Shown: piece after piece, positions 1 to 9,573 of the stretch
How the letters are laid out: the number at the start of each line of letters is the position of its first letter
How positions within the stretch are numbered: position 1 is the first letter of the stretch
Assembly: GCA_965204345.1 (NCBI GenBank)
Contig: OZ241981.1
Coordinates: forward strand, 1,408,001-1,472,000
Length of the DNA stretch: 64,000 nt
From: Nitrosopumilus sp.
GTDB taxonomy: Archaea; Thermoproteota; Nitrososphaeria; Nitrososphaerales; Nitrosopumilaceae
Reading direction: 5' to 3'
Translations under genes and position numbers: made by a program
Notes under the pieces: generated by a model
Told to the model about the DNA's origin: nothing
Databases searched by the model: none
Seen by the model: the letters and a program-made list of their open reading frames with translations, nothing else

Positions 1-296
1 AAAGAAACGATCTAACGGCTTTTAGTGAAATACTTAGAAAAGGATGGGATGAAAAAAAGAAATTCGCACGCCAGATTACAGATAAGTCAATTGATGATGT
101 GGTTAAACGTGCAACGACCCTAGGAGTTCAAGGAATGAAAATTACGGGGGCAGGTGGGGGCGGGCACATCTTTGCATATGCAGATTCAGGCAAACATAAA
201 AAAATTATCTCCAATCTAGAAAAAATAGGTATAAAACATATACCATTTCATTATACATTCTCTGGAACAGTTGCTTTTAATACAAGTTTTTTATAG
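1..296 (+). CDS. hddA: GHMP-family sugar kinase (D-glycero-alpha-D-manno-heptose-7-phosphate kinase-like), 3' part; runs off window start
   Basis: Identical to the 3' end of 2878..3894 (GMKITGAGGGG motif); offset 3598 bp. Confidence 0.8.
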   Translation, partial: RNDLTAFSEILRKGWDEKKKFARQITDKSIDDVVKRATTLGVQGMKITGAGGGGHIFAYADSGKHKKIISNLEKIGIKHIPFHYTFSGTVAFNTSFL

Positions 297-317
297 ATTT
301 TTTTGGTGAGGTAAGAT

Positions 318-905
318 ATGAATGACATCGTAAAGGATTATTTAATTCATCAAGAAGAATGTCTTGAAAAAATAAAGACAGATTTTTTTTCAGACAAAAT
401 TAAGAAAATTTTTGGGATTTTGATTAACGCACGTGATAATGGCAATCGCGTGTTTGTTATGGGCAATGGCGGAAGTGCATCTACAGCATCTCACTTTGTT
501 GCGGATTTATTAAAAACAAGTATTGTGAAAAATTCGAAAAGATTTCAAGCGTTATCTTTGTCAGATAATATTCCAGTCATGTTGGCATGGGCAAATGATT
601 TTTCTTACGATGACATATTTGTAGGACAGTTAGAAAATTTCTTGGAGGAAAAAGACATAGTGGTTGGAATTAGCAGCAGTGGAAATTCAAACAACGTAAT
701 CAGAGCAGCCAAATATGCAAACGACAAAGGTGCGCACTGTATTGCATTGACAGGCAAAGATGGAGGCAAATTATCAAATATATCTGCCACAAATTTAACA
801 GTTCCAAGTAATGACATTCTAACTATCGAGACTATGCATTTGATGACATGTCATTTATTAATCGCAATGATTAGAGAATCAGGTACGCCTTTCTACAAAT
901 ATTAA
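318..905 (+). CDS. gmhA: Phosphoheptose isomerase (SIS domain)
   Basis: GNGGSASTASHF, ANDFSYDDIF..QL, ISSSGNS.N, ETMHL motifs. Confidence 0.9.
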   Translation: MNDIVKDYLIHQEECLEKIKTDFFSDKIKKIFGILINARDNGNRVFVMGNGGSASTASHFVADLLKTSIVKNSKRFQALSLSDNIPVMLAWANDFSYDDIFVGQLENFLEEKDIVVGISSSGNSNNVIRAAKYANDKGAHCIALTGKDGGKLSNISATNLTVPSNDILTIETMHLMTCHLLIAMIRESGTPFYKY

Positions 906-906
906 A

Positions 907-1395
907 TTGCAAAAGAAAGCCATATTTTTAGATAGGGACGGAGTCATTAACCAAAACAGAAAAGACTACGTCAAAGAGTTATCAGAATTTGAAATATTTG
1001 ACTGGGTAGGAGAATCAGTCAAACTGTTCAAGGATGCAGGATATTTGGTGATAATAATAACAAATCAATCAGCTATAGGAAGGAGATTACTCACACATGA
1101 AGAATTAAAAAAAATACATGATTGCCTTGAGAACTATCTTAAAACATTCAAGACAAAGATTGATGCAATATATTATTGCCCACATACGCCAGAAGACAAT
1201 TGTGATTGTAGAAAACCCAAGCCCGGGTTGTTGCTTGCTGCAATACAGGATTTTCAAGTTGATTTGTCAAACAGTTGGATGGTAGGAGATTCGACTGCAG
1301 ATATCATGGCCGCAACGTCAGCTGGATGCAGATCATACATGATAAAAGAGAATTTAACATTGCTTGATATTGCAATACATATATGTAAAGGATAA
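907..1395 (+). CDS. gmhB: Heptose-1,7-bisphosphate phosphatase (HAD)
   Basis: FLDRDGVIN, TNQS, CPH..C.CRKPKPG, MVGD motifs. Confidence 0.9.
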   Translation: MQKKAIFLDRDGVINQNRKDYVKELSEFEIFDWVGESVKLFKDAGYLVIIITNQSAIGRRLLTHEELKKIHDCLENYLKTFKTKIDAIYYCPHTPEDNCDCRKPKPGLLLAAIQDFQVDLSNSWMVGDSTADIMAATSAGCRSYMIKENLTLLDIAIHICKG

Positions 1396-1638
1396 GATTT
1401 TGAATTGTGGTTAATTAAGGACATCGTCAGACATGCAGTTACGGATAGATAAAGAGAGGAAGAAGTAAGGAGCGAGTAAATAAATCAATAAATAACGGAT
1501 TGATTGATTGTGTAAATTAATTTCCTTTATTTCAGATAAGATGGGATTATAAATTCTGGCTATAAATTAGACATCAAGTATCATCAACATATAAATTATT
1601 TTTTGTCTTTTGATTTTTTGTTCTTCTTCTTGTTCTTT

Positions 1639-2769
1639 TGTATTATATGAAAATCATATCCGCTAGTCATTCATGTCTGCCTCCATCCATTTTTGGTTGC
1701 TTTTTCTGATCGCATCAGGAACCTTTTTGGCCTTAAATGCCATCAGAGGCACCTGGCAGTTCTCTATGTCCAGAGAAAAATGCAGTCTATCCTTATTGTA
1801 AAAATCGATGAACTCCCCCATCGTCTTAAAGTGTACAATCTCATCCTCAAGTGTCCTGAAGAATCTCTCAATCTTGCCGTTGGCCTGCGGGTGGTGGTGG
1901 TGGTGGTGGTGGTGGGAGCGTGAGTCAATCAGGGCAATACTCCTCTCCAGAGCTTCTTCCTCAAACATGGTGAGCCTCTATCCCTTGGCAGGTATACCGC
2001 GGTTTCGGGATGTGAACTGGGCGCCGTTGTCTGAAAGTATCTGGCCTGGCGTGCCAAATGACTTGATAGTCTTGCGCAAAACGGCTACAGTGTTCTGGCT
2101 TGTGGCACTATCAAATATCCCGAATCCCGTTATGCATCTTGATGCATCATCCAGATATGCCACAAGTTGCAATCCTTTTAGGCGTGGATCCTTCATTTTG
2201 GCCAGTCCATATCCCACATTGCATTGGAATACAGTCACTCGTATCTGACGTACTTTCTCTTCTTGGATTTTTCAGGAGACAGCTTAACTAGTCCATTGGA
2301 TTTCATTATTTGGTAATGCTGTATGGTATCTTATATGAGATGACTTTCTGAGGTGGCGAGCTGTGTGCACTACTGCATGAATATCATCATATGTCTTAAG
2401 AACACGACGTTTAAGTGGTGACGGCATCGTCTAGGGCTTCGAGCCTGCATGAATATCATCATATGTCTTAAGAACACGACGTACATCCTCAGGTGATGGT
2501 ATCTTTCTGGGTCTTTCTGCCTTTCTGTGGGGGAGTATTCTTCCGGTCTTGCGGTAGGCTGCCCATATGCGTCTGACGTGTCTTGCGCTGACCTGCATGG
2601 TCTGGGCCAGAACAGATGCTGCACCTGTGCCCTTTTGATGCTGCCGTATGATGTATCTAATCTGAACTTCTTTTAGTCTGGTTCTCTTCATTATTCGTGA
2701 TCTGTATATGCGGTAATAATCCCTTGCCTGAAGCCTGAGCTTAGGCGGACATAATTTTCGTACAATAGA
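1639..2769 (-). mobile_element. IS481-family element copy 1, degraded (frameshifts, in-frame TAG, 72-bp insertion)
   Basis: HTH N-terminus, DDASR, ILSDNGAQF and HPQ.NGKIERF rve-integrase motifs in split ORFs; 25-bp imperfect IRs TGTATTATATGAAAATCATATCCGC / TCTATTGTACGAAAATTATGTCCGC. Confidence 0.9.
2373..2482. repeat. 38-bp direct repeat pair enclosing a 34-bp unique insert (inside IS copy 1; again at 5971..6080)
   Basis: CTGCATGAATATCATCATATGTCTTAAGAACACGACGT at 2373-2410 and 2445-2482; single copy and no insert in IS copies 3 and 4. Confidence 0.9.
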
Positions 2770-2847
2770 TTTGCGAAACCAGATGAAAGACTAAAAACGT
2801 TAAAACTGGATGATGATGATCCTGCTCATGCAAGAGATGTTAATTAA
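2770..2847 (+). pseudogene. 3' remnant of a gene truncated by the IS end
   Basis: Open frame FAKPDERLKTLKLDDDDPAHARDVN* starts immediately at the IS terminus, with no start codon. Confidence 0.5.
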
Positions 2848-2877
2848 TATGAAGTATTTTCAGCAGTACTAACACAC

Positions 2878-3894
2878 ATGATTGTTGGTAGATCACCACT
2901 AAGAATCAGTTTTGCAGGGGGAGGAACTGATCTTGAAGAATATTACAAAAGATATACAGGTCATACCATTAGTTTCACAATCAGCAAAAATACACATGTC
3001 GTCATACAAAAAAGAGAGGATGAAAAATTCCAGGGATTTTCTCCAGATTTTCAAACGCATCATCCCCCAGAAAAATATTCAAAAGTAAGGAAAAATCTTC
3101 AGGGTCATGAAATAATCATAGCAGTTTTAAAGGAATTAAACGTTACAAAAGGAATAAACGCATTTTTTTGCAGTGATGTAAACGCGGGTTCAGGGCTAGG
3201 TGCATCATCATCACTTGCAACAAATTTAGTTAATACCGTACTTTTTATGGAAGAGCAAAAATGGACAAAAAAGAGAATTGCAGAGAAGGCATATGAGATA
3301 GCACATAATGTTTTAAAATGGAACTTGGGAAAACAAGATGAGTTTTCTTCATCTTATGGTGGATTGAATCTCTTTGAATTTACTAAAGATAATGTCAAGA
3401 CTGAAAGACTTTTGTTGAACAAATCTACCTTCAGAGAGATTCAAGATAATTCGTTGTTGTTTTCATTAGAAAGAAAGCGACAGCCCTCTAGCACGATCTT
3501 AAAAGACCAAGCAGAAAAAACTAAGAAGAATGATCCCCGTACAATAAATGCCCTGCACAATACAAATCAATTTGCTTTAGAATTGCGGGACTGCTTAAAA
3601 AGAAACGATCTAACGGCTTTTAGTGAAATACTTAGAAAAGGATGGGATGAAAAAAAGAAATTCGCACGCCAGATTACAGATAAGTCAATTGATGATGTGG
3701 TTAAACGTGCAACGACCCTAGGAGTTCAAGGAATGAAAATTACGGGGGCAGGTGGGGGCGGGCACATCTTTGCATATGCAGATTCAGGCAAACATAAAAA
3801 AATTATCTCCAATCTAGAAAAAATAGGTATAAAACATATACCATTTCATTATACATTCTCTGGAACAGTTGCTTTTAATACAAGTTTTTTATAG
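2878..3894 (+). CDS. hddA: D-glycero-alpha-D-manno-heptose-7-phosphate kinase-like GHMP kinase
   Basis: RSPLRISFAGGGTD, GSGLGASS, GKQD, GAGGGG motifs; adjacent to gmhA/gmhB. Confidence 0.85.
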   Translation: MIVGRSPLRISFAGGGTDLEEYYKRYTGHTISFTISKNTHVVIQKREDEKFQGFSPDFQTHHPPEKYSKVRKNLQGHEIIIAVLKELNVTKGINAFFCSDVNAGSGLGASSSLATNLVNTVLFMEEQKWTKKRIAEKAYEIAHNVLKWNLGKQDEFSSSYGGLNLFEFTKDNVKTERLLLNKSTFREIQDNSLLFSLERKRQPSSTILKDQAEKTKKNDPRTINALHNTNQFALELRDCLKRNDLTAFSEILRKGWDEKKKFARQITDKSIDDVVKRATTLGVQGMKITGAGGGGHIFAYADSGKHKKIISNLEKIGIKHIPFHYTFSGTVAFNTSFL

Positions 3895-3915
3895 ATTTTT
3901 TTGGTGAGGTAAGAT

Positions 3916-4503
3916 ATGAATGACATCGTAAAGGATTATTTAATTCATCAAGAAGAATGTCTTGAAAAAATAAAGACAGATTTTTTTTCAGACAAAATTA
4001 AGAAAATTTTTGGGATTTTGATTAACGCACGTGATAATGGCAATCGCGTGTTTGTTATGGGCAATGGCGGAAGTGCATCTACAGCATCTCACTTTGTTGC
4101 GGATTTATTAAAAACAAGTATTGTGAAAAATTCGAAAAGATTTCAAGCGTTATCTTTGTCAGATAATATTCCAGTCATGTTGGCATGGGCAAATGATTTT
4201 TCTTACGATGACATATTTGTAGGACAGTTAGAAAATTTCTTGGAGGAAAAAGACATAGTGGTTGGAATTAGCAGCAGTGGAAATTCAAACAACGTAATCA
4301 GAGCAGCCAAATATGCAAACGACAAAGGTGCGCACTGTATTGCATTGACAGGCAAAGATGGAGGCAAATTATCAAATATATCTGCCACAAATTTAACAGT
4401 TCCAAGTAATGACATTCTAACTATCGAGACTATGCATTTGATGACATGTCATTTATTAATCGCAATGATTAGAGAATCAGGTACGCCTTTCTACAAATAT
4501 TAA
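3916..4503 (+). CDS. gmhA: Phosphoheptose isomerase (second copy)
   Basis: Identical to 318..905. Confidence 0.9.
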   Translation: MNDIVKDYLIHQEECLEKIKTDFFSDKIKKIFGILINARDNGNRVFVMGNGGSASTASHFVADLLKTSIVKNSKRFQALSLSDNIPVMLAWANDFSYDDIFVGQLENFLEEKDIVVGISSSGNSNNVIRAAKYANDKGAHCIALTGKDGGKLSNISATNLTVPSNDILTIETMHLMTCHLLIAMIRESGTPFYKY

Positions 4504-4504
4504 A

Positions 4505-4993
4505 TTGCAAAAGAAAGCCATATTTTTAGATAGGGACGGAGTCATTAACCAAAACAGAAAAGACTACGTCAAAGAGTTATCAGAATTTGAAATATTTGAC
4601 TGGGTAGGAGAATCAGTCAAACTGTTCAAGGATGCAGGATATTTGGTGATAATAATAACAAATCAATCAGCTATAGGAAGGAGATTACTCACACATGAAG
4701 AATTAAAAAAAATACATGATTGCCTTGAGAACTATCTTAAAACATTCAAGACAAAGATTGATGCAATATATTATTGCCCACATACGCCAGAAGACAATTG
4801 TGATTGTAGAAAACCCAAGCCCGGGTTGTTGCTTGCTGCAATACAGGATTTTCAAGTTGATTTGTCAAACAGTTGGATGGTAGGAGATTCGACTGCAGAT
4901 ATCATGGCCGCAACGTCAGCTGGATGCAGATCATACATGATAAAAGAGAATTTAACATTGCTTGATATTGCAATACATATATGTAAAGGATAA
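4505..4993 (+). CDS. gmhB: Heptose bisphosphate phosphatase (second copy)
   Basis: Identical to 907..1395. Confidence 0.9.
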   Translation: MQKKAIFLDRDGVINQNRKDYVKELSEFEIFDWVGESVKLFKDAGYLVIIITNQSAIGRRLLTHEELKKIHDCLENYLKTFKTKIDAIYYCPHTPEDNCDCRKPKPGLLLAAIQDFQVDLSNSWMVGDSTADIMAATSAGCRSYMIKENLTLLDIAIHICKG

Positions 4994-5236
4994 GATTTTG
5001 AATTGTGGTTAATTAAGGACATCGTCAGACATGCAGTTACGGATAGATAAAGAGAGGAAGAAGTAAGGAGCGAGTAAATAAATCAATAAATAACGGATTG
5101 ATTGATTGTGTAAATTAATTTCCTTTATTTCAGATAAGATGGGATTATAAATTCTGGCTATAAATTAGACATCAAGTATCATCAACATATAAATTATTTT
5201 TTGTCTTTTGATTTTTTGTTCTTCTTCTTGTTCTTT

Positions 5237-6367
5237 TGTATTATATGAAAATCATATCCGCTAGTCATTCATGTCTGCCTCCATCCATTTTTGGTTGCTT
5301 TTTCTGATCGCATCAGGAACCTTTTTGGCCTTAAATGCCATCAGAGGCACCTGGCAGTTCTCTATGTCCAGAGAAAAATGCAGTCTATCCTTATTGTAAA
5401 AATCGATGAACTCCCCCATCGTCTTAAAGTGTACAATCTCATCCTCAAGTGTCCTGAAGAATCTCTCAATCTTGCCGTTGGCCTGCGGGTGGTGGTGGTG
5501 GTGGTGGTGGTGGGAGCGTGAGTCAATCAGGGCAATACTCCTCTCCAGAGCTTCTTCCTCAAACATGGTGAGCCTCTATCCCTTGGCAGGTATACCGCGG
5601 TTTCGGGATGTGAACTGGGCGCCGTTGTCTGAAAGTATCTGGCCTGGCGTGCCAAATGACTTGATAGTCTTGCGCAAAACGGCTACAGTGTTCTGGCTTG
5701 TGGCACTATCAAATATCCCGAATCCCGTTATGCATCTTGATGCATCATCCAGATATGCCACAAGTTGCAATCCTTTTAGGCGTGGATCCTTCATTTTGGC
5801 CAGTCCATATCCCACATTGCATTGGAATACAGTCACTCGTATCTGACGTACTTTCTCTTCTTGGATTTTTCAGGAGACAGCTTAACTAGTCCATTGGATT
5901 TCATTATTTGGTAATGCTGTATGGTATCTTATATGAGATGACTTTCTGAGGTGGCGAGCTGTGTGCACTACTGCATGAATATCATCATATGTCTTAAGAA
6001 CACGACGTTTAAGTGGTGACGGCATCGTCTAGGGCTTCGAGCCTGCATGAATATCATCATATGTCTTAAGAACACGACGTACATCCTCAGGTGATGGTAT
6101 CTTTCTGGGTCTTTCTGCCTTTCTGTGGGGGAGTATTCTTCCGGTCTTGCGGTAGGCTGCCCATATGCGTCTGACGTGTCTTGCGCTGACCTGCATGGTC
6201 TGGGCCAGAACAGATGCTGCACCTGTGCCCTTTTGATGCTGCCGTATGATGTATCTAATCTGAACTTCTTTTAGTCTGGTTCTCTTCATTATTCGTGATC
6301 TGTATATGCGGTAATAATCCCTTGCCTGAAGCCTGAGCTTAGGCGGACATAATTTTCGTACAATAGA
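5237..6367 (-). mobile_element. IS481-family element copy 2 (identical to copy 1), degraded
   Basis: Same split ORFs and IRs; flanked by a near-duplicated TTTGTTCTT(CTTCTT)GTTCTTT. Confidence 0.9.
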
Positions 6368-6458
6368 TTTGTTCTTGTTCTTTAAGAAAATTTAAAAGAG
6401 AAATAAATTGTATGTCTGTAACTTATAATAACAGGTATTTGTTGTGAGGCATATAAGC

Positions 6459-7700
6459 ATGAATGTTTTAATCATAGCACAATATTTCCCACCAGACGTA
6501 GGTGGTGGAATAACTAGAATAAGCAATGCAGCTAAGGCATTAAAGAACCAAGGCAACAACGTAACTGTCGTATCTGCGTTTCCACACTATCCAAAGGGAG
6601 ACATTCCAAAAAAATACAGAGGTAAGATAATTGCAAAAGAACAGATTGACGGCATAACAATATACAGAACATGTATTCCCAAATTATCTCATTCGTCTAT
6701 TTTAAAACGCATAATAATTCATCTTTCATTTTGTCTCTCATCACTGTTGGTAATGCAGAAATTTCGCGATACTGACATAATTTTTGCATCAAACCCGAGC
6801 TTTTTTGTTTCATTTCCTGCTGCTGTGTACAGTTTTTTTCTGAAAAAAAAATATATTCTTAATGTCGATGACATGTGGCCAGAAGTATGGTATGACTTGG
6901 GATATGTCAAGTCGAGGATCTTCAGAAAGATTTTAGACCATATTGCCCAAAAATCATATGACAATTCGTGTGCAGTGGTGCCACTAAGTAGGGGTTATGT
7001 AGACGTATTGGAGTCAAAATATAAGGTCAAAAGAGAAAAAATTACAGTTATTGAGCATGGCGTAGATACGGAAAAATTCAGGACTAATGAAAACAAAAGG
7101 GATGAGCAACACCAAGACGGACCAAGTGGAAGGAAAAAAATTCTAATGTATGCCGGCGCACTAGGTATCGGATATGATTTTGATACAATACTGCAGGCTG
7201 CCAAGATTTTAGAGCAGTATCCGATACAGTTCATAATCAGGGGTGAGGGAAACCTGGAGGATTATCTAAAACAGCAGGTTCAGCAGCAGAAAATTACAAA
7301 TGTCAAAATAGATACAAAATTTGTCGAATTTGAAAAATATAACGAGATACTAAACAGCGCGGATATTTTTTTATTGCCCCTAAGTCCGGTCAGGGGATTT
7401 GACTATGGATTGATTACAAAGACACTGGACTATCAAATGATTGGAAGGCCAATCTTTTGTATCTCAAAGGGGGAATCAAAACGCTATGTAAATGAGACAA
7501 AAAGTGGCATTGTAACATCATCAAGGGATCCCAAGACTGTTTCGGATTTGATTTTGAAATTGGTAAAAGACGAGAAGCTTGCAGAGGAATTGGGTCAAAA
7601 CGGAAGAAGGTACGTTCTAGAGAACCTGACAATAGAGATGATTGGCAAGCGATTGATGAAGGTGATAAACGGCTGTATGGAGGAGGAGGAAAAAAAATAA
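6459..7700 (+). CDS. Glycosyltransferase family 4 (GT-B, WcaI/WbuB-like)
   Basis: MNVLIIAQYFPPD..GG, PHYPKG, YAG.LG..YDF, ADIFLLP; ATG at 6459 aligns with the paralog start. Confidence 0.9.
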   Translation: MNVLIIAQYFPPDVGGGITRISNAAKALKNQGNNVTVVSAFPHYPKGDIPKKYRGKIIAKEQIDGITIYRTCIPKLSHSSILKRIIIHLSFCLSSLLVMQKFRDTDIIFASNPSFFVSFPAAVYSFFLKKKYILNVDDMWPEVWYDLGYVKSRIFRKILDHIAQKSYDNSCAVVPLSRGYVDVLESKYKVKREKITVIEHGVDTEKFRTNENKRDEQHQDGPSGRKKILMYAGALGIGYDFDTILQAAKILEQYPIQFIIRGEGNLEDYLKQQVQQQKITNVKIDTKFVEFEKYNEILNSADIFLLPLSPVRGFDYGLITKTLDYQMIGRPIFCISKGESKRYVNETKSGIVTSSRDPKTVSDLILKLVKDEKLAEELGQNGRRYVLENLTIEMIGKRLMKVINGCMEEEEKK

Positions 7701-7812
7701 TAGCGGGTGTTTAGATGTGAGGAATCCCAATCCAGGATTTGGATGAGATCAAGCATGGGGGGGGAGAAGGAAGAGAGACATAGAGAGAAATAATAGCGGG
7801 TGTTTAGATGTG
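7677..7812. repeat. Duplicated GT4 stop-codon region (ancestral about 37 bp) enclosing a 35-bp unique insert
   Basis: AAATAATAGCGGGTGTTTAGATGTG at 7695-7719 and 7788-7812, each preceded by ATGG plus an AG-rich run; the paralog at about 25340-25375 has one copy. Confidence 0.75.
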
Positions 7813-7861
7813 CATGTCCCAGAATGATTTTGGATTGTACAGCATTGGATGATGATGATGT

Positions 7862-7912
7862 AAATACATACACATACATACATACATAAATACATACATA
7901 CACATACACACA
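7862..7912. repeat. Imperfect (TACA)n microsatellite
   Basis: aaatacatacacatacatacatacataaatacatacatacacatacacac; shorter (TGTA)n in the inverted homolog at about 25269-25290. Confidence 0.8.
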
Positions 7913-8040
7913 AAAAAAGTTCGTGCAATCAAAATAACACCATAAACATCATTCTGCTTGGGCTTCAGACACAATGAGGAGAATGCCTTTTTTATAAAAA
8001 ATCAGGAAAGAGATATTAACTTTTGAAAATATTTTTGGAC

Positions 8041-8896
8041 ATGCGGTTTCCAGATTTCTTTATTGTCGGAGCTCCAAGGTCAGGAACTACATCACTGTAC
8101 AAGTATTTGAAACAGAATCCCAAAATATTTATGCCAAAGCGCAGAGTCGCATTATTTTTCGCCAAACATTAAACGGCAGACGAATCTGATTGTAAGTCCA
8201 ATAAAAACCGAAAAAGAATACCTGTCATTATTTGCGCACGCAAGAGAGGATCAGATAATAGGGGAAGGCAGCGTAACGTACTTTATGGACCCCGATTCCC
8301 CGGGAGCTATACATGCAAAGAATCCCAATGCCAAGATAATTATGATCTTAAGAAATCCAAATGAGAGGCTAATTTCAGATTATCTGTATCAGATAAAGTA
8401 TGCATTAGACATTCTGCCGTTTGAGGAGGTAGTCAAGGCAGGCATAAGATCATTGTCAAAAGACATACATTCAATTGTAAAAACAGGCATGTATTCTCAG
8501 CATATAGGAAATTATTACGGCAAGTTTGATAAAAAACAGATAAAAATCATAATTTTTGAGGAATTCATCAAAGATACCAAAAAAACAGTAAGGGAGGTTT
8601 TGGAATTCTTGGAGATAGACGGATTGCATGATTTTAAGGATGAAGTTTATAACAGGTACGCAGTGCCGGGGGGAAGATTGCAAAAAGCAGTAATAAAAAA
8701 CAAGACACTTTTGAAGATAGTAGTCAGAATACTCCCAACTGACAGGATAATAAAGATGGCTGAGATGTTTTTGATGAAAAAGGAAAAGCGTCCGAAAAGT
8801 TCGGAATTTGACATGTCGCAACTCAGGGAGATATTTCTGGACGAAAAGACAAAGCTGGAAATAATGCTGGGGCGCAAAATAGACTGGGAGATATGA
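8041..8896 (+). pseudogene. Sulfotransferase, frameshifted copy
   Basis: Near-identical to 24283..25140 but with a 2-bp deletion at about 8143 (CGCAGAG vs CGCAAAGAG). Confidence 0.85.
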
Positions 8897-8982
8897 TTTT
8901 TGCACAAAACAGGTAAAAAAAATACAGTCATGGGCATGATCAAAGATAAACAAAAAAATACGCATATAACCATCATCTAGAC

Positions 8983-9527
<545 letters not shown>

Positions 9528-9573
9528 TATGGCAGGACTGGAGAGACAGTCATTACATTATAATTAAATAATT

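Larger units (their letters stand above)
2770..6367. repeat. 3,598-bp tandem repeat unit (hddA-gmhA-gmhB-IS481); previous copy covers <1..2769
   Basis: All ORFs recur at +3598 with identical translations; identity ends at 2773/6371. Confidence 0.95.

Noticed and set aside
1663-1968. His8 tract as an engineered His-tag
   Set aside because: It is a (CAC)n expansion of the native HH in the IS transposase; the other copies have two His.
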